NCBI GenBank assembly: GCA_965233175.1
Contig: CBDDRW010000099.1
Location: forward strand, 1,121-65,120
Source: an uncultured bacterium
Lineage (GTDB): Bacteria > Nitrospirota > Nitrospiria > Nitrospirales > Nitrospiraceae
Length of the DNA: 64,000 nucleotides
Reading direction: 5' to 3'
The notes beneath the pieces are model-generated. The model was not told where the DNA came from, did not search any database, and saw only the letters and a program-made list of their open reading frames with translations. A program made the translations under genes and the position numbers. Positions 1 through 9,423 of this stretch are shown piece after piece (position 1 is the stretch's first letter; every line of letters begins with the position of its first letter).

Positions 1-285
1 CAGAAGGGTTTCATCTTGATCGATGTCAGATCTGCGGAAGAACATGCGACAGGATTCATTCCCGGAACCGATTTGAATATTGAGTTCAGGGAAATTCAGG
101 CTCGGCACCGGGAGATCGGAGCCCAGCCCGATGACCATCTGGTCGTCTATTGCCAGTCCGGCCACCGGAGCAACATTGCAGCAGAAACACTGGCTGATTT
201 GGGTTACCGTCATGTCTACAACGTCACCGGCAGCATGAACGCCTGGCTCGCGGCAGGCTTTCCCATTGAATCGGGACACCACTGA
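1..285 (+). CDS. Rhodanese-domain sulfurtransferase; the 5' end runs off the window
   Basis: Frame is open from nt 1 (QKGFILIDVRSAEE...). Active-site loop CQSGHRS. ORF track 16..285. Confidence 0.8.
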   Translation, partial: QKGFILIDVRSAEEHATGFIPGTDLNIEFREIQARHREIGAQPDDHLVVYCQSGHRSNIAAETLADLGYRHVYNVTGSMNAWLAAGFPIESGHH

Positions 286-377
286 AAGCAGCTTTTTTAG
301 TTTCTCTATTGGTTATGCTCAGGTCCTGACAGAAATCGAAGAACGAACAACCTGTTGGATTCTCGGATGGGACTGGC

Positions 378-686
378 TCACTTACACTGGAATTGAATGC
401 CCCACCGACGCTCCTCCACGACTTCCTGCGCACCTGGTACCGGGCTGACTATACGAGTTCGCCCTTTCGTTTCCCCCTCGCGCACGATGGTATAGGGTCC
501 GCCGCATTTCTCCTTCATCAAAGCGAGTGCATCCGTTCGAAACGAGGAGAGCATCACTCCCTGTTCGCCCGTGAAGGGATAGGCGACAATCCCCCCGTCC
601 TCTCTTTCCTGAAGCAATTTTGCTCCCTCGCCACAACCAGCCAAGGCAAGGACGAGAAGCAGGGAGACGCGTGACCATATCTTCAT
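378..686 (-). CDS. Small lipoprotein, function unknown
   Basis: Internal Met at 686 gives MKIWSRVSLLLVLALAGC, a signal peptide plus lipobox LAGC. ORF track 378..737. Confidence 0.55.
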   Translation of the reverse strand: MKIWSRVSLLLVLALAGCGEGAKLLQEREDGGIVAYPFTGEQGVMLSSFRTDALALMKEKCGGPYTIVREGETKGRTRIVSPVPGAQEVVEERRWGIQFQCK

Positions 687-751
687 GTTGTCGCGTAGGA
701 CCCCGGGCGCGCACATGAATCCTTCCCTTTCCCCCATACGTTCGGCATTTG

Positions 752-1174
752 CTATATCCCCCGTCCAGAGCCGTCCAATTCCGGTTTGTTACCCGGGAGA
801 ATTTTATTCAGCGCGGACCGATACTCGCCCATGCGCCCCTGATCGCTTCGCCTGACTTCTATTTCTTGATCGCGCTGCATCCGTTCGAGATGATCGAGTA
901 CCGAGAGGAGCGGATGAACGGAGCCAAGCAATCGACCGACCTCGAAGGCTTCCAGCGATTCCACAAATAATTCGTTTAAACTTTTATAAGGAGTTCCGGC
1001 GCTCTGGCTCCGGAATCGGGAAGCGATATCTTCATACTCCTCGATAGCCTCTAGCCTGGGCTTTACACCGCTCGGCACAGCCGACAGATGGACAACGGGT
1101 GGTAGCTTGGACGCATAGACCTTCAACTGGGCAACCAATCCACCCATTGCGTCCAGCACATCGGCAGTCTGCAT
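752..1174 (-). CDS. Hypothetical protein; start uncertain
   Basis: ORF 752..1321 overlaps the rluD 3' end by 100 nt. Met at 1174 (MQTADVLD...) removes the overlap. No recognisable motif. Confidence 0.35.
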   Translation of the reverse strand: MQTADVLDAMGGLVAQLKVYASKLPPVVHLSAVPSGVKPRLEAIEEYEDIASRFRSQSAGTPYKSLNELFVESLEAFEVGRLLGSVHPLLSVLDHLERMQRDQEIEVRRSDQGRMGEYRSALNKILPGNKPELDGSGRGI

Positions 1175-1220
1175 GAACTCATCCTCGGGCGCATCGATCA
1201 CGCCACATGAGCAAGGCCTG

Positions 1221-2192
1221 TCAAGATCTTCTGGCGCCGTGAGGAGGCGTGAGGCAACCAAGAGCCTGAACAGCCTGCTCCATATCTGATGGAAACGGTT
1301 TTGTATACTCTTGAAACTCACCGGTAGACGGGTGACGGAATCCTAAAGTCCTTGCATGCAACATCACACGGGAAATCTCGACCTCCTCTACTGTACAGAC
1401 TTTTTTCCCGCCATAGGTCTGATCTCCTAGAATGGGATGACCCAAGGAAGCGAGATGCACGCGGAGCTGGTGAGTCCGGCCAGTGCGCGGGTATAACAGC
1501 ACGTGGGCAGCGAGTTTGCCAAACCGATGGTCGACCTTGTATTCCGTCACGGACTCCTTGGGGCGTGCTGTGTGGGCAGAGAACTTTTTCCGCTCCTTCT
1601 TGTCACGGCCAATCGCAAGCTCGATCAACCCATGTCCCTTTTTCGGCACGCCTGAAATTAGAGCCTCGTACACCCGAGTAATCGTGTGCTGTTTGAATTG
1701 AGCTGAAAGAGCCCGATGGGCTTCGTCCGTCTTCGCGATGACCATCACGCCGGAGGTATCTTTGTCCAGGCGATGAACCAGCCCTGGCCGTTCTTTCCCG
1801 CCGATCGTCGACACGGTACCGCCGGACGTCTGAAAATGATGGAGGAGGGCATTGACCAATGTGCCGGCCCAATGACCCGGCGCAGGATGGACCACGAGGC
1901 CGGCTGGCTTGTTTAAGAGCAACAACACCTCATCCTCATGCAGAATCTCGAGTGGAATCGACTCACCCTTGAGTTCCAACGGCTCCGCTTTCGGAATGTC
2001 AAAGGCGATCGTGTCACCGGGCTTGATCTTGTGACTGGACTTGACGGCCTGACCGTTGATTCGCACCCGCCCTTGCGCAATCAACCGTTGCAAGGCGGAT
2101 CGCGATAGCTTGGGTTCACGATTGACCAAAAAAATATCCAACCGCTTAGGCAACTCGCCAGCCGTCACGACAAACTCGGTCACCATAAACAA
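1221..2192 (-). CDS. rluD: 23S rRNA pseudouridine synthase, RluA/RluD family, with N-terminal S4 domain
   Basis: HRLDKDTSGVMVIAK catalytic-Asp motif; the S4-like N-terminus (RLDIFL...SRSALQRLI) and the 323-aa length fit the family. Confidence 0.92.
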   Translation of the reverse strand: MFMVTEFVVTAGELPKRLDIFLVNREPKLSRSALQRLIAQGRVRINGQAVKSSHKIKPGDTIAFDIPKAEPLELKGESIPLEILHEDEVLLLLNKPAGLVVHPAPGHWAGTLVNALLHHFQTSGGTVSTIGGKERPGLVHRLDKDTSGVMVIAKTDEAHRALSAQFKQHTITRVYEALISGVPKKGHGLIELAIGRDKKERKKFSAHTARPKESVTEYKVDHRFGKLAAHVLLYPRTGRTHQLRVHLASLGHPILGDQTYGGKKVCTVEEVEISRVMLHARTLGFRHPSTGEFQEYTKPFPSDMEQAVQALGCLTPPHGARRS

Positions 2193-2519
2193 ATTGCCCT
2201 CACCAATACGTCCGCGCCACGCTACTGCAGCGCGAGGCTCAATTGCAATCAGGAGGCCGGCATAGTCATACGCCGACCTGCCACTCTTATGGACTCTTCA
2301 GTCTGATCGGACTAGGCTGACACCCACCAAGCCGGTCCCATGCCAACAAGAATGCAAGACCATAAAGACGATGAATGTCAAATAGACTTTTGGCAGGTGA
2401 GGCTACAGAAACATCACGAGATGATATCGGAAGGGATGCCCTCATGACGGAGAAACTATTCGCGAGTACCACCATCACTTCATGGATGGTGGGGACAACG
2501 ATGGCCTGAATGCTCCTCC

Positions 2520-2855
2520 TCAGTCGAACGCGCTGTCCCCGATGTCTGTGAGCCTGTCATGAGAAAATACATTCATTGCCTGACCAACCAATCGAGGTCG
2601 CCCTGCGCGGAGCGCGTTCTTTCGTTGCGGAAAGGGACCTTGACGCAAGGATTCTATCTCCGTCAGGGAAGTCCGAAGGGACTGAGCGATCAGCCATGCG
2701 AGCTTCAAACTAGGGCTCCAATACACAGCATTGCGCAGGCGATCGACTAGATCGCCAGGAAGGCTCACAGTGAGCCGGACCATTCGAGGTTTACGGATCT
2801 TTCGGTGCCCACTCTTAGTCGAATGACTCGAAACGGCCGGATCGGTTCGTAACAT
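2520..2855 (-). CDS. Putative ribbon-helix-helix (ParG/CopG-like) DNA-binding protein
   Basis: MVRLTVSLPGDLVDRLRNAVYW... resembles an RHH N-terminal strand-helix. The tail FPQRKNALRAGRP resembles ParA-stimulating tails. The real start may be the internal Met at 2783. Confidence 0.35.
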   Translation of the reverse strand: MLRTDPAVSSHSTKSGHRKIRKPRMVRLTVSLPGDLVDRLRNAVYWSPSLKLAWLIAQSLRTSLTEIESLRQGPFPQRKNALRAGRPRLVGQAMNVFSHDRLTDIGDSAFD

Positions 2856-3347
2856 AGCGTTTCTCTCCCGGTTATGCTGAAGTGAATAATCTCAGGACTA
2901 TGGCCTCATCTCATGTCGAGCCCGCTTCTCTCAGATTGGGGACCGCGCCGCTACAAGGGCAGGACGCGACCCCGATGGCAGAAGCGTGTGGCGGCGGGAT
3001 GGCTCCGGACGGGCATATCCAGAGGTAGTCCCACCTGAGTGAGAGACATGCGCCTCTTGAGTGGGGACCCACCGGCAGCTCGCTTCGCCAAAAATCGTCC
3101 AGTCTGTATTCATAGCACTCTCGCCCTGATGTCCATGCAAGCAACACCTATACCAAGATTTGTTCAATGTAAATATTCCGCGTCCTATGCTGTAAGTCGT
3201 TGAGCACATGTGGTGAGGCCAGGGAGCCGTTAAGACGAGGCATCGGGCAGGAGAGTATCTAATTCGGTACACTTCGCATTCTGAAAGATACAGGCACAGG
3301 ACAAGGCGGCAGAGGAAAGCGGCTGAAAGTCAGAAATGGAGCGCGAT

Positions 3348-3860
3348 CTATTGGTGAAGATGTTTCATCGCGGCGGCGCAGAGAAGGATGAAGAGACCGA
3401 TCCAGAACGCGGCTTGCTGGAAAGGAATCGCTTCGTAGGATTCTTCTTTGTTTTCTTCTACATCATCGGATTTGAAAAGCACCGAGTAGAGAAAAAGCGT
3501 GAGAAGACAGAGGACGAGAAACAGTTTCACAAAAAAGACTGTCAGATACTTCGCATGGTGCTGGATTCCGCTGCCGGTCTGCGCGGTAATGAGCTGATTG
3601 ACATAGTGGAAATTGATGCCACCGGTAAACAGCAGGATAAGGAGCAGAATACCCGCGACTTTCTTGTAATGCTGATAGAACGCATCGGTGATTGGCTTGA
3701 TCTGCTCCTTGGCCACTGCGTGCTTCAGCCCAGGAGTCACAGCCATGAAAAGAAATGCGACTCCACCGATCCAAATGACCGCTGCAGACAAGTGCACCCA
3801 ATGATTGAGGATTGGAATCAGTGTATTGAGATCTGTGACGAGACTTAGAAGTGCGTCCAT
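3348..3860 (-). CDS. CopD/HemJ-clan integral membrane protein
   Basis: About 4 TM helices. HWVHLSAAVIWIGGVAFLF (His...W-x-GG) is typical of the CopD/UPF0093 clan. The mirror plus-strand ORF 3336..3848 was rejected. Confidence 0.6.
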   Translation of the reverse strand: MDALLSLVTDLNTLIPILNHWVHLSAAVIWIGGVAFLFMAVTPGLKHAVAKEQIKPITDAFYQHYKKVAGILLLILLFTGGINFHYVNQLITAQTGSGIQHHAKYLTVFFVKLFLVLCLLTLFLYSVLFKSDDVEENKEESYEAIPFQQAAFWIGLFILLCAAAMKHLHQ

Positions 3861-3963
3861 TCTGAAGATCGTTAACCGTTATTCGTTGACCGTTAACCGA
3901 AAGTCTGAATCGAATCGGACTTAAATAATATCGCGTTTCACGATTAACGTCTCACGATTAACG

Positions 3964-5349
3964 TCAAAATTTGAAGACCGGGGCATCGTTGCCGAATCGT
4001 TTCTTACGGAGTTCTTCCATCAGCTCGATAGTAATTAAGGGAATGCGGTTCTCGCGTGCGTGCTTTTCAACGCCTTTTTTCACCATGGCGCGCAAGAAAT
4101 AGGGAATTCGGCTGAGCCGTGCCTCTGAATCTTCATCCCACGCCACGGAGCTTTCTTCAGGCGTATTAAATGCGACTTTGATCTTCTCGCCGCCCTTTGG
4201 GGTGTACAGACACCATTGATCTTCGTCCAGCCAGTCGCCGTGATCGACGTAGGGGCGTGCGCGGCAACCACCACAGATATCGGTGTATTCGCAATCGCCG
4301 CACTTACCTTTCAGCTGAGGATAGCGGAAGGAATTGAAGACGTCGGACCTTTCCCATAGATCGACGAAGCTGGTCTCGCGAATATTACCGGCGGACAACG
4401 GCATGTAGGGGCACGGGGTCAACTCGCCGTTAGGGGTCACACGGGCGTAGTTGGTGCCGGCGAGGCAGCCTCCCCCCATATAGCCAGTCGCTTTCGTGAT
4501 CGGAGAATTCGGATCTTTTTCATACGCAAGCCGTTTGAAATGCGGCGCACAGCGGGCTCTGACGAGCATACCTTTGTAATTATCCTGACAATTGACTAGG
4601 TAACCGAGTACCTCTTCGTATTGTGTTGGGGTGATGTCGGTCAGTTCCTCGCCTCGGCCGGTGCAGACCATAAAAAAGACATTGAGCACTTTGGCGCCAA
4701 GTTGGTGCGCCCAATCGATTACCGAGGGCAGCTCCTGGTAATTCATAGGCTGTGCGCTGAAGTGCACTTGGAAAGCCAGCCCGTTCCGCTTACAGGCCTC
4801 GATGCCGGCAAGCGCGGCCTCCCATGCGCCGGGCACGCCTCGGAAACGATTATGTTTCTGAGAGTCGAGTGAATCGATACTGATGCCCATGCCCATCACG
4901 CCGATCTCGACCAAGGTCTTCGCCATTCGATCATCGATCAACATACCGTTGGTTCCGAACACCACCATGAAACCGAGTTTCACGGCATGCCGCGCGATAT
5001 CAAGGATGTCGGGGCGGACAAGTGGTTCGCCGCCCGTGATCACGAGGAGGCAGCCTTTGTTGACCTCAGCAATCTGATCAATCAGCTTGTAACACTCTTC
5101 CGTCGAGAGTTCATCGTCCCCGCCGGCGGATTTCGTCGTCGCATCGAGATAACAGTGGTCGCACTTGAGATTGCAGCGCTTCGTGAGGTTCAGCGCGATG
5201 AGATAGGGCTTGAAGTCATCGACTGTTCGGCCATCGTGCGGCGCAGCAGCCATAGATGGCGGGCTAAAGAACTGCGAGACCTGTTGCTGGATATTGCCGA
5301 ATGCGCCCGCTGCAGACGGGGCATTGAAAATTGGAAGCGATTTACCCAT
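3964..5349 (-). CDS. Radical SAM enzyme with SPASM domain and a C-terminal PCP_red-like module
   Basis: CNLKCDHCY (CxxxCxxC); SPASM cluster motif CGDCEYTDICGGCRARPY. C-terminal VAWDEDSEARLSRIPYFLRAMVKKGVEKHARENRIPLITIE matches the ChlB/BchB C-terminal domain pattern. Confidence 0.88.
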   Translation of the reverse strand: MGKSLPIFNAPSAAGAFGNIQQQVSQFFSPPSMAAAPHDGRTVDDFKPYLIALNLTKRCNLKCDHCYLDATTKSAGGDDELSTEECYKLIDQIAEVNKGCLLVITGGEPLVRPDILDIARHAVKLGFMVVFGTNGMLIDDRMAKTLVEIGVMGMGISIDSLDSQKHNRFRGVPGAWEAALAGIEACKRNGLAFQVHFSAQPMNYQELPSVIDWAHQLGAKVLNVFFMVCTGRGEELTDITPTQYEEVLGYLVNCQDNYKGMLVRARCAPHFKRLAYEKDPNSPITKATGYMGGGCLAGTNYARVTPNGELTPCPYMPLSAGNIRETSFVDLWERSDVFNSFRYPQLKGKCGDCEYTDICGGCRARPYVDHGDWLDEDQWCLYTPKGGEKIKVAFNTPEESSVAWDEDSEARLSRIPYFLRAMVKKGVEKHARENRIPLITIELMEELRKKRFGNDAPVFKF

Positions 5350-5458
5350 AGTTTAGAAGAAATGTGGAATTCTCAATTAGGCGTGGTGACTGTGTGATTC
5401 GGGGAAATTGGCTGTCCGGTCAATTCCCCATTCCACATTCATCATTCAAATTGCAAAG

Positions 5459-7567
5459 TTACGATTTTGTCTTGCCGGTCAGGTTGGCGATCATGTCTTT
5501 CAGGTTTCCGGTTTTCATGGCTTCCGCCATGTAGTCCTTGGCCAGTTCGATGCCCTCATGAGCCACTTCGGCCGTAATGGCCGTGACACCGATCTTATCG
5601 GCATGTTTTTCGATAAGGGCACGCGTACAGTCGCGCATAAACCCTTCAGGAGCTCGTTCGAGCCGTGATTGCGCCTCCGGCGTCCACGTGTAGGAAGCCA
5701 CTGAAGCAGGTTCCACCACGTGGCCGTTCTCCTGACCATTCTCTTGCGAGATCGCCGCTCTGTTGGCGCCATTCGTAGCAGCTGTTACAGTCGCCTTGGC
5801 TTCGGTCGAAGTGCCGGTCCCCTTATTCGCAAAAATAGGCGTGTAGTCCTCTGAGGCTGCCTCCTGAATCATGGGCGCGGCATACTCCAGCGTGATCGTG
5901 GTCATACCGAGCTTACGAGCAGTCTTCTCGATTTTAGCCTTGGCGCGCCGACGTTGGTAGCCGGCTGGGACTGCACGGATTCCATCTTTGGCGTCTTTGG
6001 TCCATTGCATAGGGACATCGTCGTAGGCCAGGTCGGTTTCGAGGACCCCTTCCACATGGGCCGCCGCTTCGAAAAGCTTCTTGTCAACCAGTTTGAAGCG
6101 CTCGCCTCCTGCGGCACAGACCGGGCACTTCACAGGCGTCTCGCCCTTCCCGATGTAGCCACAGCCGTCGCAGACGAAGTAATCCTGAGTCATCCGGTCT
6201 AAATAGGCCTGAGTATTGGCACTCACTTTTGGCTTCTCCTCCACGATCTCAGTCATCATCCCGCTGAGCGTGGAACCCATAAGATCCTTCATCACAGATT
6301 CGTCGGCCTGCATCTTGTTGCGGTCGATGCCGGCGGCATCCAGGCTGCCGCCCAGCGCACGCATCGCATCCATCGCGCCCTTGGGCAGAAGATGTCCCAC
6401 AGCCGTGTCGACGACGGTATTACTGATAATGGTATGGCCCTTCTCGATGGCGTAGCGGTGAATCGCGGTCTTGGCAACGCCTCTGGCAAATACGGGGATC
6501 TTTTCCATCCGGCGGAGGGCTTCCTCAGTCCAGGCAATCGTGTATTCCGCCAACGTATCGATCGGCGGCACATATTTCCGGTTCGACACGAGAATATTAC
6601 AGGGGGCGGACCGCAAGAGATTTTCCGTGTTGCTACCGATGTCCATATCCTCGTCGCTGTGCACGCCGATCCGTCCGACGATCAGCAAGGCTGGGATATC
6701 TTTGCGTACGTATTGAATGATCTTCTCGAAGGCCTTGCCATCCAACAGAGTGGTCTTCACGTCGGTTTGTTCGCCCTGAGCGATTTCACGGCAGATATCC
6801 AGGTGCGACTGATAGATCTTTGCAAGGCCGCTGTCGATAATTTCCTCGTGGAGTTTTTCCTGCTCTTTGAATCGGAACACCTTGCCGGCTTCCTCGTTGA
6901 GGACACCGGAAATACTGTGGAAGGCGGCATAGTGGAAATAGGGATCGAAGGCAGAGATCGCCTCGACCGGCATATTGAATGCTTTGCCCAGCGCCAGGCC
7001 GGTCATAAGGCCGCCGAACGAATAGGGGCTGCCGTCCACCGCCACCACGATTCTTCCGCCGGTCATGGGTTGAGTTTGCTTGATGATCAGCATGTCAGAA
7101 TTCCGCACGCGACGCAGCACGCGCTCGGTGTTGCTGCCGATGACACTGTCCTTCACCGCGCCGACCCCCAAGGCGCCCATGATGACCAGGTCGTAAGCAT
7201 TGGTATTGATGTCTTCGGCCAACACCTTCCAATTCCGACCTTCGAGAGAACGACGCTCGATAGGCAGGTTGTTTTCCGCACATTTCTTATCAACATAGTC
7301 GAGGTAGGAATCGGTGATGATCTGGAGCCCGCGGGTAATCAACGAATCGTGGATTTGGCGCTGCCGGTCGAGTTCTTTTTCATCGTGGTACTCCTCAGGC
7401 AAGCCTGCTTCCATCTGCTTGAAACGCTTGTCGTGCATTTTGGCTGCATAGACGTGGCTCCCCACGATCTTCGAACCAAAGGTTTTGGCAAAATGAACTC
7501 CGACATCGACAGCCGTATTGGAATGGTCGGAATTATCGACCGGTACATAGATCGTCTTATACATCAA
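5459..7567 (-). CDS. Tandem universal-stress-protein (Usp) domains, 3 PCP_red-like modules and a Cys4 zinc ribbon
   Basis: Usp 1 spans aa 1-165 and Usp 2 aa 170-330 (VPVDNSDHS..., VAVDGSPYS..., GSNTE motifs). PCP_red-like W-T-x-E/D-A modules lie at about aa 344-390, 520-568 and 626-675. Zinc ribbon is CDGCG...CPVC at aa 466-484. Confidence 0.85.
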   Translation of the reverse strand: MMYKTIYVPVDNSDHSNTAVDVGVHFAKTFGSKIVGSHVYAAKMHDKRFKQMEAGLPEEYHDEKELDRQRQIHDSLITRGLQIITDSYLDYVDKKCAENNLPIERRSLEGRNWKVLAEDINTNAYDLVIMGALGVGAVKDSVIGSNTERVLRRVRNSDMLIIKQTQPMTGGRIVVAVDGSPYSFGGLMTGLALGKAFNMPVEAISAFDPYFHYAAFHSISGVLNEEAGKVFRFKEQEKLHEEIIDSGLAKIYQSHLDICREIAQGEQTDVKTTLLDGKAFEKIIQYVRKDIPALLIVGRIGVHSDEDMDIGSNTENLLRSAPCNILVSNRKYVPPIDTLAEYTIAWTEEALRRMEKIPVFARGVAKTAIHRYAIEKGHTIISNTVVDTAVGHLLPKGAMDAMRALGGSLDAAGIDRNKMQADESVMKDLMGSTLSGMMTEIVEEKPKVSANTQAYLDRMTQDYFVCDGCGYIGKGETPVKCPVCAAGGERFKLVDKKLFEAAAHVEGVLETDLAYDDVPMQWTKDAKDGIRAVPAGYQRRRAKAKIEKTARKLGMTTITLEYAAPMIQEAASEDYTPIFANKGTGTSTEAKATVTAATNGANRAAISQENGQENGHVVEPASVASYTWTPEAQSRLERAPEGFMRDCTRALIEKHADKIGVTAITAEVAHEGIELAKDYMAEAMKTGNLKDMIANLTGKTKS

Positions 7568-7720
7568 AGTGTCTCCTCAGGATGCCCTTCAGGCAGGGCG
7601 AACGAGAGTAATTATGAAAATTTCCAAACGGTTGACGTGCTTTCCACGTCTCAAAGAACGTGTATGCTAGCACCGGTCTGAATTCGAATGCAAGGTATCG
7701 ATGCAGGCAGCAGAACGACG

Positions 7721-9349
7721 TTATGATGCGGGGGTAACAACAGATCGTTCACCTGGATCATTTGCGGAGCGAATCGATTGTCGGGAGCGGAGGATCTCTT
7801 CCAAAGATAAGAGCGCATCGCGTCCGGAGTTCCCCTCAATCCCTCGAATCAAATTCTTGTCGGCGTATTGGCCCGATTCTTTCGGGGCTTGAGAGAGGGA
7901 TCCCGTCCACTTTCGTGGGTCCCTGCTTCCCTCTTTACGCTCCCAGGCACGGAGGCAGGCCTTGGCGATAAATGAGTTCAGCGGTGCCGGGTTATACAAG
8001 AGCTTCCTGATACTCGTCGGAGTCAGCATCAGGGGATTATAGCCGGCTGAGAGGTACCCTTCTTCCAATAGCCGTTGTTCCAGATCGGTATTCGGCTGAA
8101 TGCCTAAAAAGAACATGAGGGGAAAGACTCGCTCCTCACCCAGGATTGAGGCAACTTTTTTATAGGACTCCACGCTTTGGAGCAGAGACTCCTCGGTTTC
8201 TTTCGGGCTGTTCAAAGAGTAGTTGAGAATGACCTTGCCTTTGAATCCGGCTTCCGCCAGATAGCGGCAACCATCGTATAGCCGCTCAAGCTTGAATCCC
8301 ATATGGAGGTCGTTCAACACCATTTGGGAGCCCGACGTAATAGCGACCTCAAGATCGCCGACGCCGGACCGGACCATGAGTTTGGCCAACTCTGGGGTGA
8401 TCAGCGACGTCCTGATATAGCCGGACCATTCGATCTCCAGCTTCTCTGCGAGAATCCGTTCAAGGATCTCGGTGCATTGGGGATAGGCTTCTTTCCCGGT
8501 AATAAACTGGGCATCCGTGAACCAGAACCGCCTGGCACCCCATTGATGGTAGTGCTGAGAGATATCCTTGACGACCATGGAAGGTGGCCGATAGCGGACT
8601 CGCTTCCCTTCGATGTAGGGATAGAGACAGAACGCGCAGTCGTACGGGCAACCTCGCTTCGATTGGACCCCGATGGATTCGTCCAGATACTCTCGATGTT
8701 GCGGGAAAATCGAGGTCAGGTAGGGTAAATCGACAGTCAGCGCATCAAGCAGAGCCGGCGAGCCCTGCTGGCCCTTTCGAATGGTCTTCCCTTCCCGAAG
8801 AATGTAGCGTTCGTTCTCCAGCGACTGGCCTTCTATGACTTTGAGAATCGCGTCTTCCCCTTCACCAAGAATCCCAATGGTGCCTTCCGGAAGCTTCAGA
8901 ATGAGCTGATCGGCAAACGCGGTAAAGGCCCCGCCACCGATCATGATTTGCGCCTTCGGAAACTCCTTCGCGATCAACCAGGGATAGGAAAGCGCTGCCC
9001 GGATATGGCTGTAGTAACGATAGAGCTGCTTCACCCCCGCAAACGAGGCGGCAACCCGCTTGAGTGGATTGCTAGCAAAGTAGAAATTAAACGCGTGTTC
9101 CAACGAGGAGTCTCCCTCGTGCGGGGAAAAGATCTGAATGTCGCGCCAGGAGAAACAGACGAGGTCCGGTTTGAACTCGGTCGTCGCATCGCGAACCGCA
9201 CTGAGCCGATGGCCATCGGGGAAAAGCGACAGGTCAATAATGCGCTGCCGCACGTCCGGCTTGCGTCGATGAATAAAATCAGCGAGATAGGTTGCCCCGA
9301 TGGGGTAGACCTTCTTGCATGGGAGAAAAATATATAGAATCGATTCCAT
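7721..9349 (-). CDS. Class B (B12-binding-domain type) radical SAM enzyme, BchE-like architecture
   Basis: SKRGCPYDCAFCLYP (CxxxCxxC) follows a Rossmann-like N-terminal domain of about 230 aa; 542 aa. Confidence 0.82.
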   Translation of the reverse strand: MESILYIFLPCKKVYPIGATYLADFIHRRKPDVRQRIIDLSLFPDGHRLSAVRDATTEFKPDLVCFSWRDIQIFSPHEGDSSLEHAFNFYFASNPLKRVAASFAGVKQLYRYYSHIRAALSYPWLIAKEFPKAQIMIGGGAFTAFADQLILKLPEGTIGILGEGEDAILKVIEGQSLENERYILREGKTIRKGQQGSPALLDALTVDLPYLTSIFPQHREYLDESIGVQSKRGCPYDCAFCLYPYIEGKRVRYRPPSMVVKDISQHYHQWGARRFWFTDAQFITGKEAYPQCTEILERILAEKLEIEWSGYIRTSLITPELAKLMVRSGVGDLEVAITSGSQMVLNDLHMGFKLERLYDGCRYLAEAGFKGKVILNYSLNSPKETEESLLQSVESYKKVASILGEERVFPLMFFLGIQPNTDLEQRLLEEGYLSAGYNPLMLTPTSIRKLLYNPAPLNSFIAKACLRAWERKEGSRDPRKWTGSLSQAPKESGQYADKNLIRGIEGNSGRDALLSLEEILRSRQSIRSANDPGERSVVTPAS

Positions 9350-9423
9350 CGCGTTCTCAGTTAGACGTTCTCAGTTCTGAGTTCCGAACAACTCAGAACT
9401 CAAGACTCAGAACTAGGCACTGG

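Noticed and set aside
3306-3335. GAGGAAAG-containing stretch resembling the RNase P RNA CR-I motif
   Set aside because: The match is only partial (GAGGAAAGCGG rather than GAGGAAAGUCC), and none of the other conserved RNase P regions could be found nearby on either strand. tmRNA and SRP hallmarks are also absent from 2856-3347.
3336-3848. 170-aa plus-strand ORF that mirrors the CopD-like gene
   Set aside because: The minus-strand product has regular TM helices and the clan signature, while the plus-strand product is a charged and Phe-rich mixture.
6392-7681. 429-aa plus-strand ORF
   Set aside because: It is antisense to the well-supported Usp/PCP_red gene. The translation is Arg/Gly/His-rich with no motifs, which is a typical high-GC shadow ORF.
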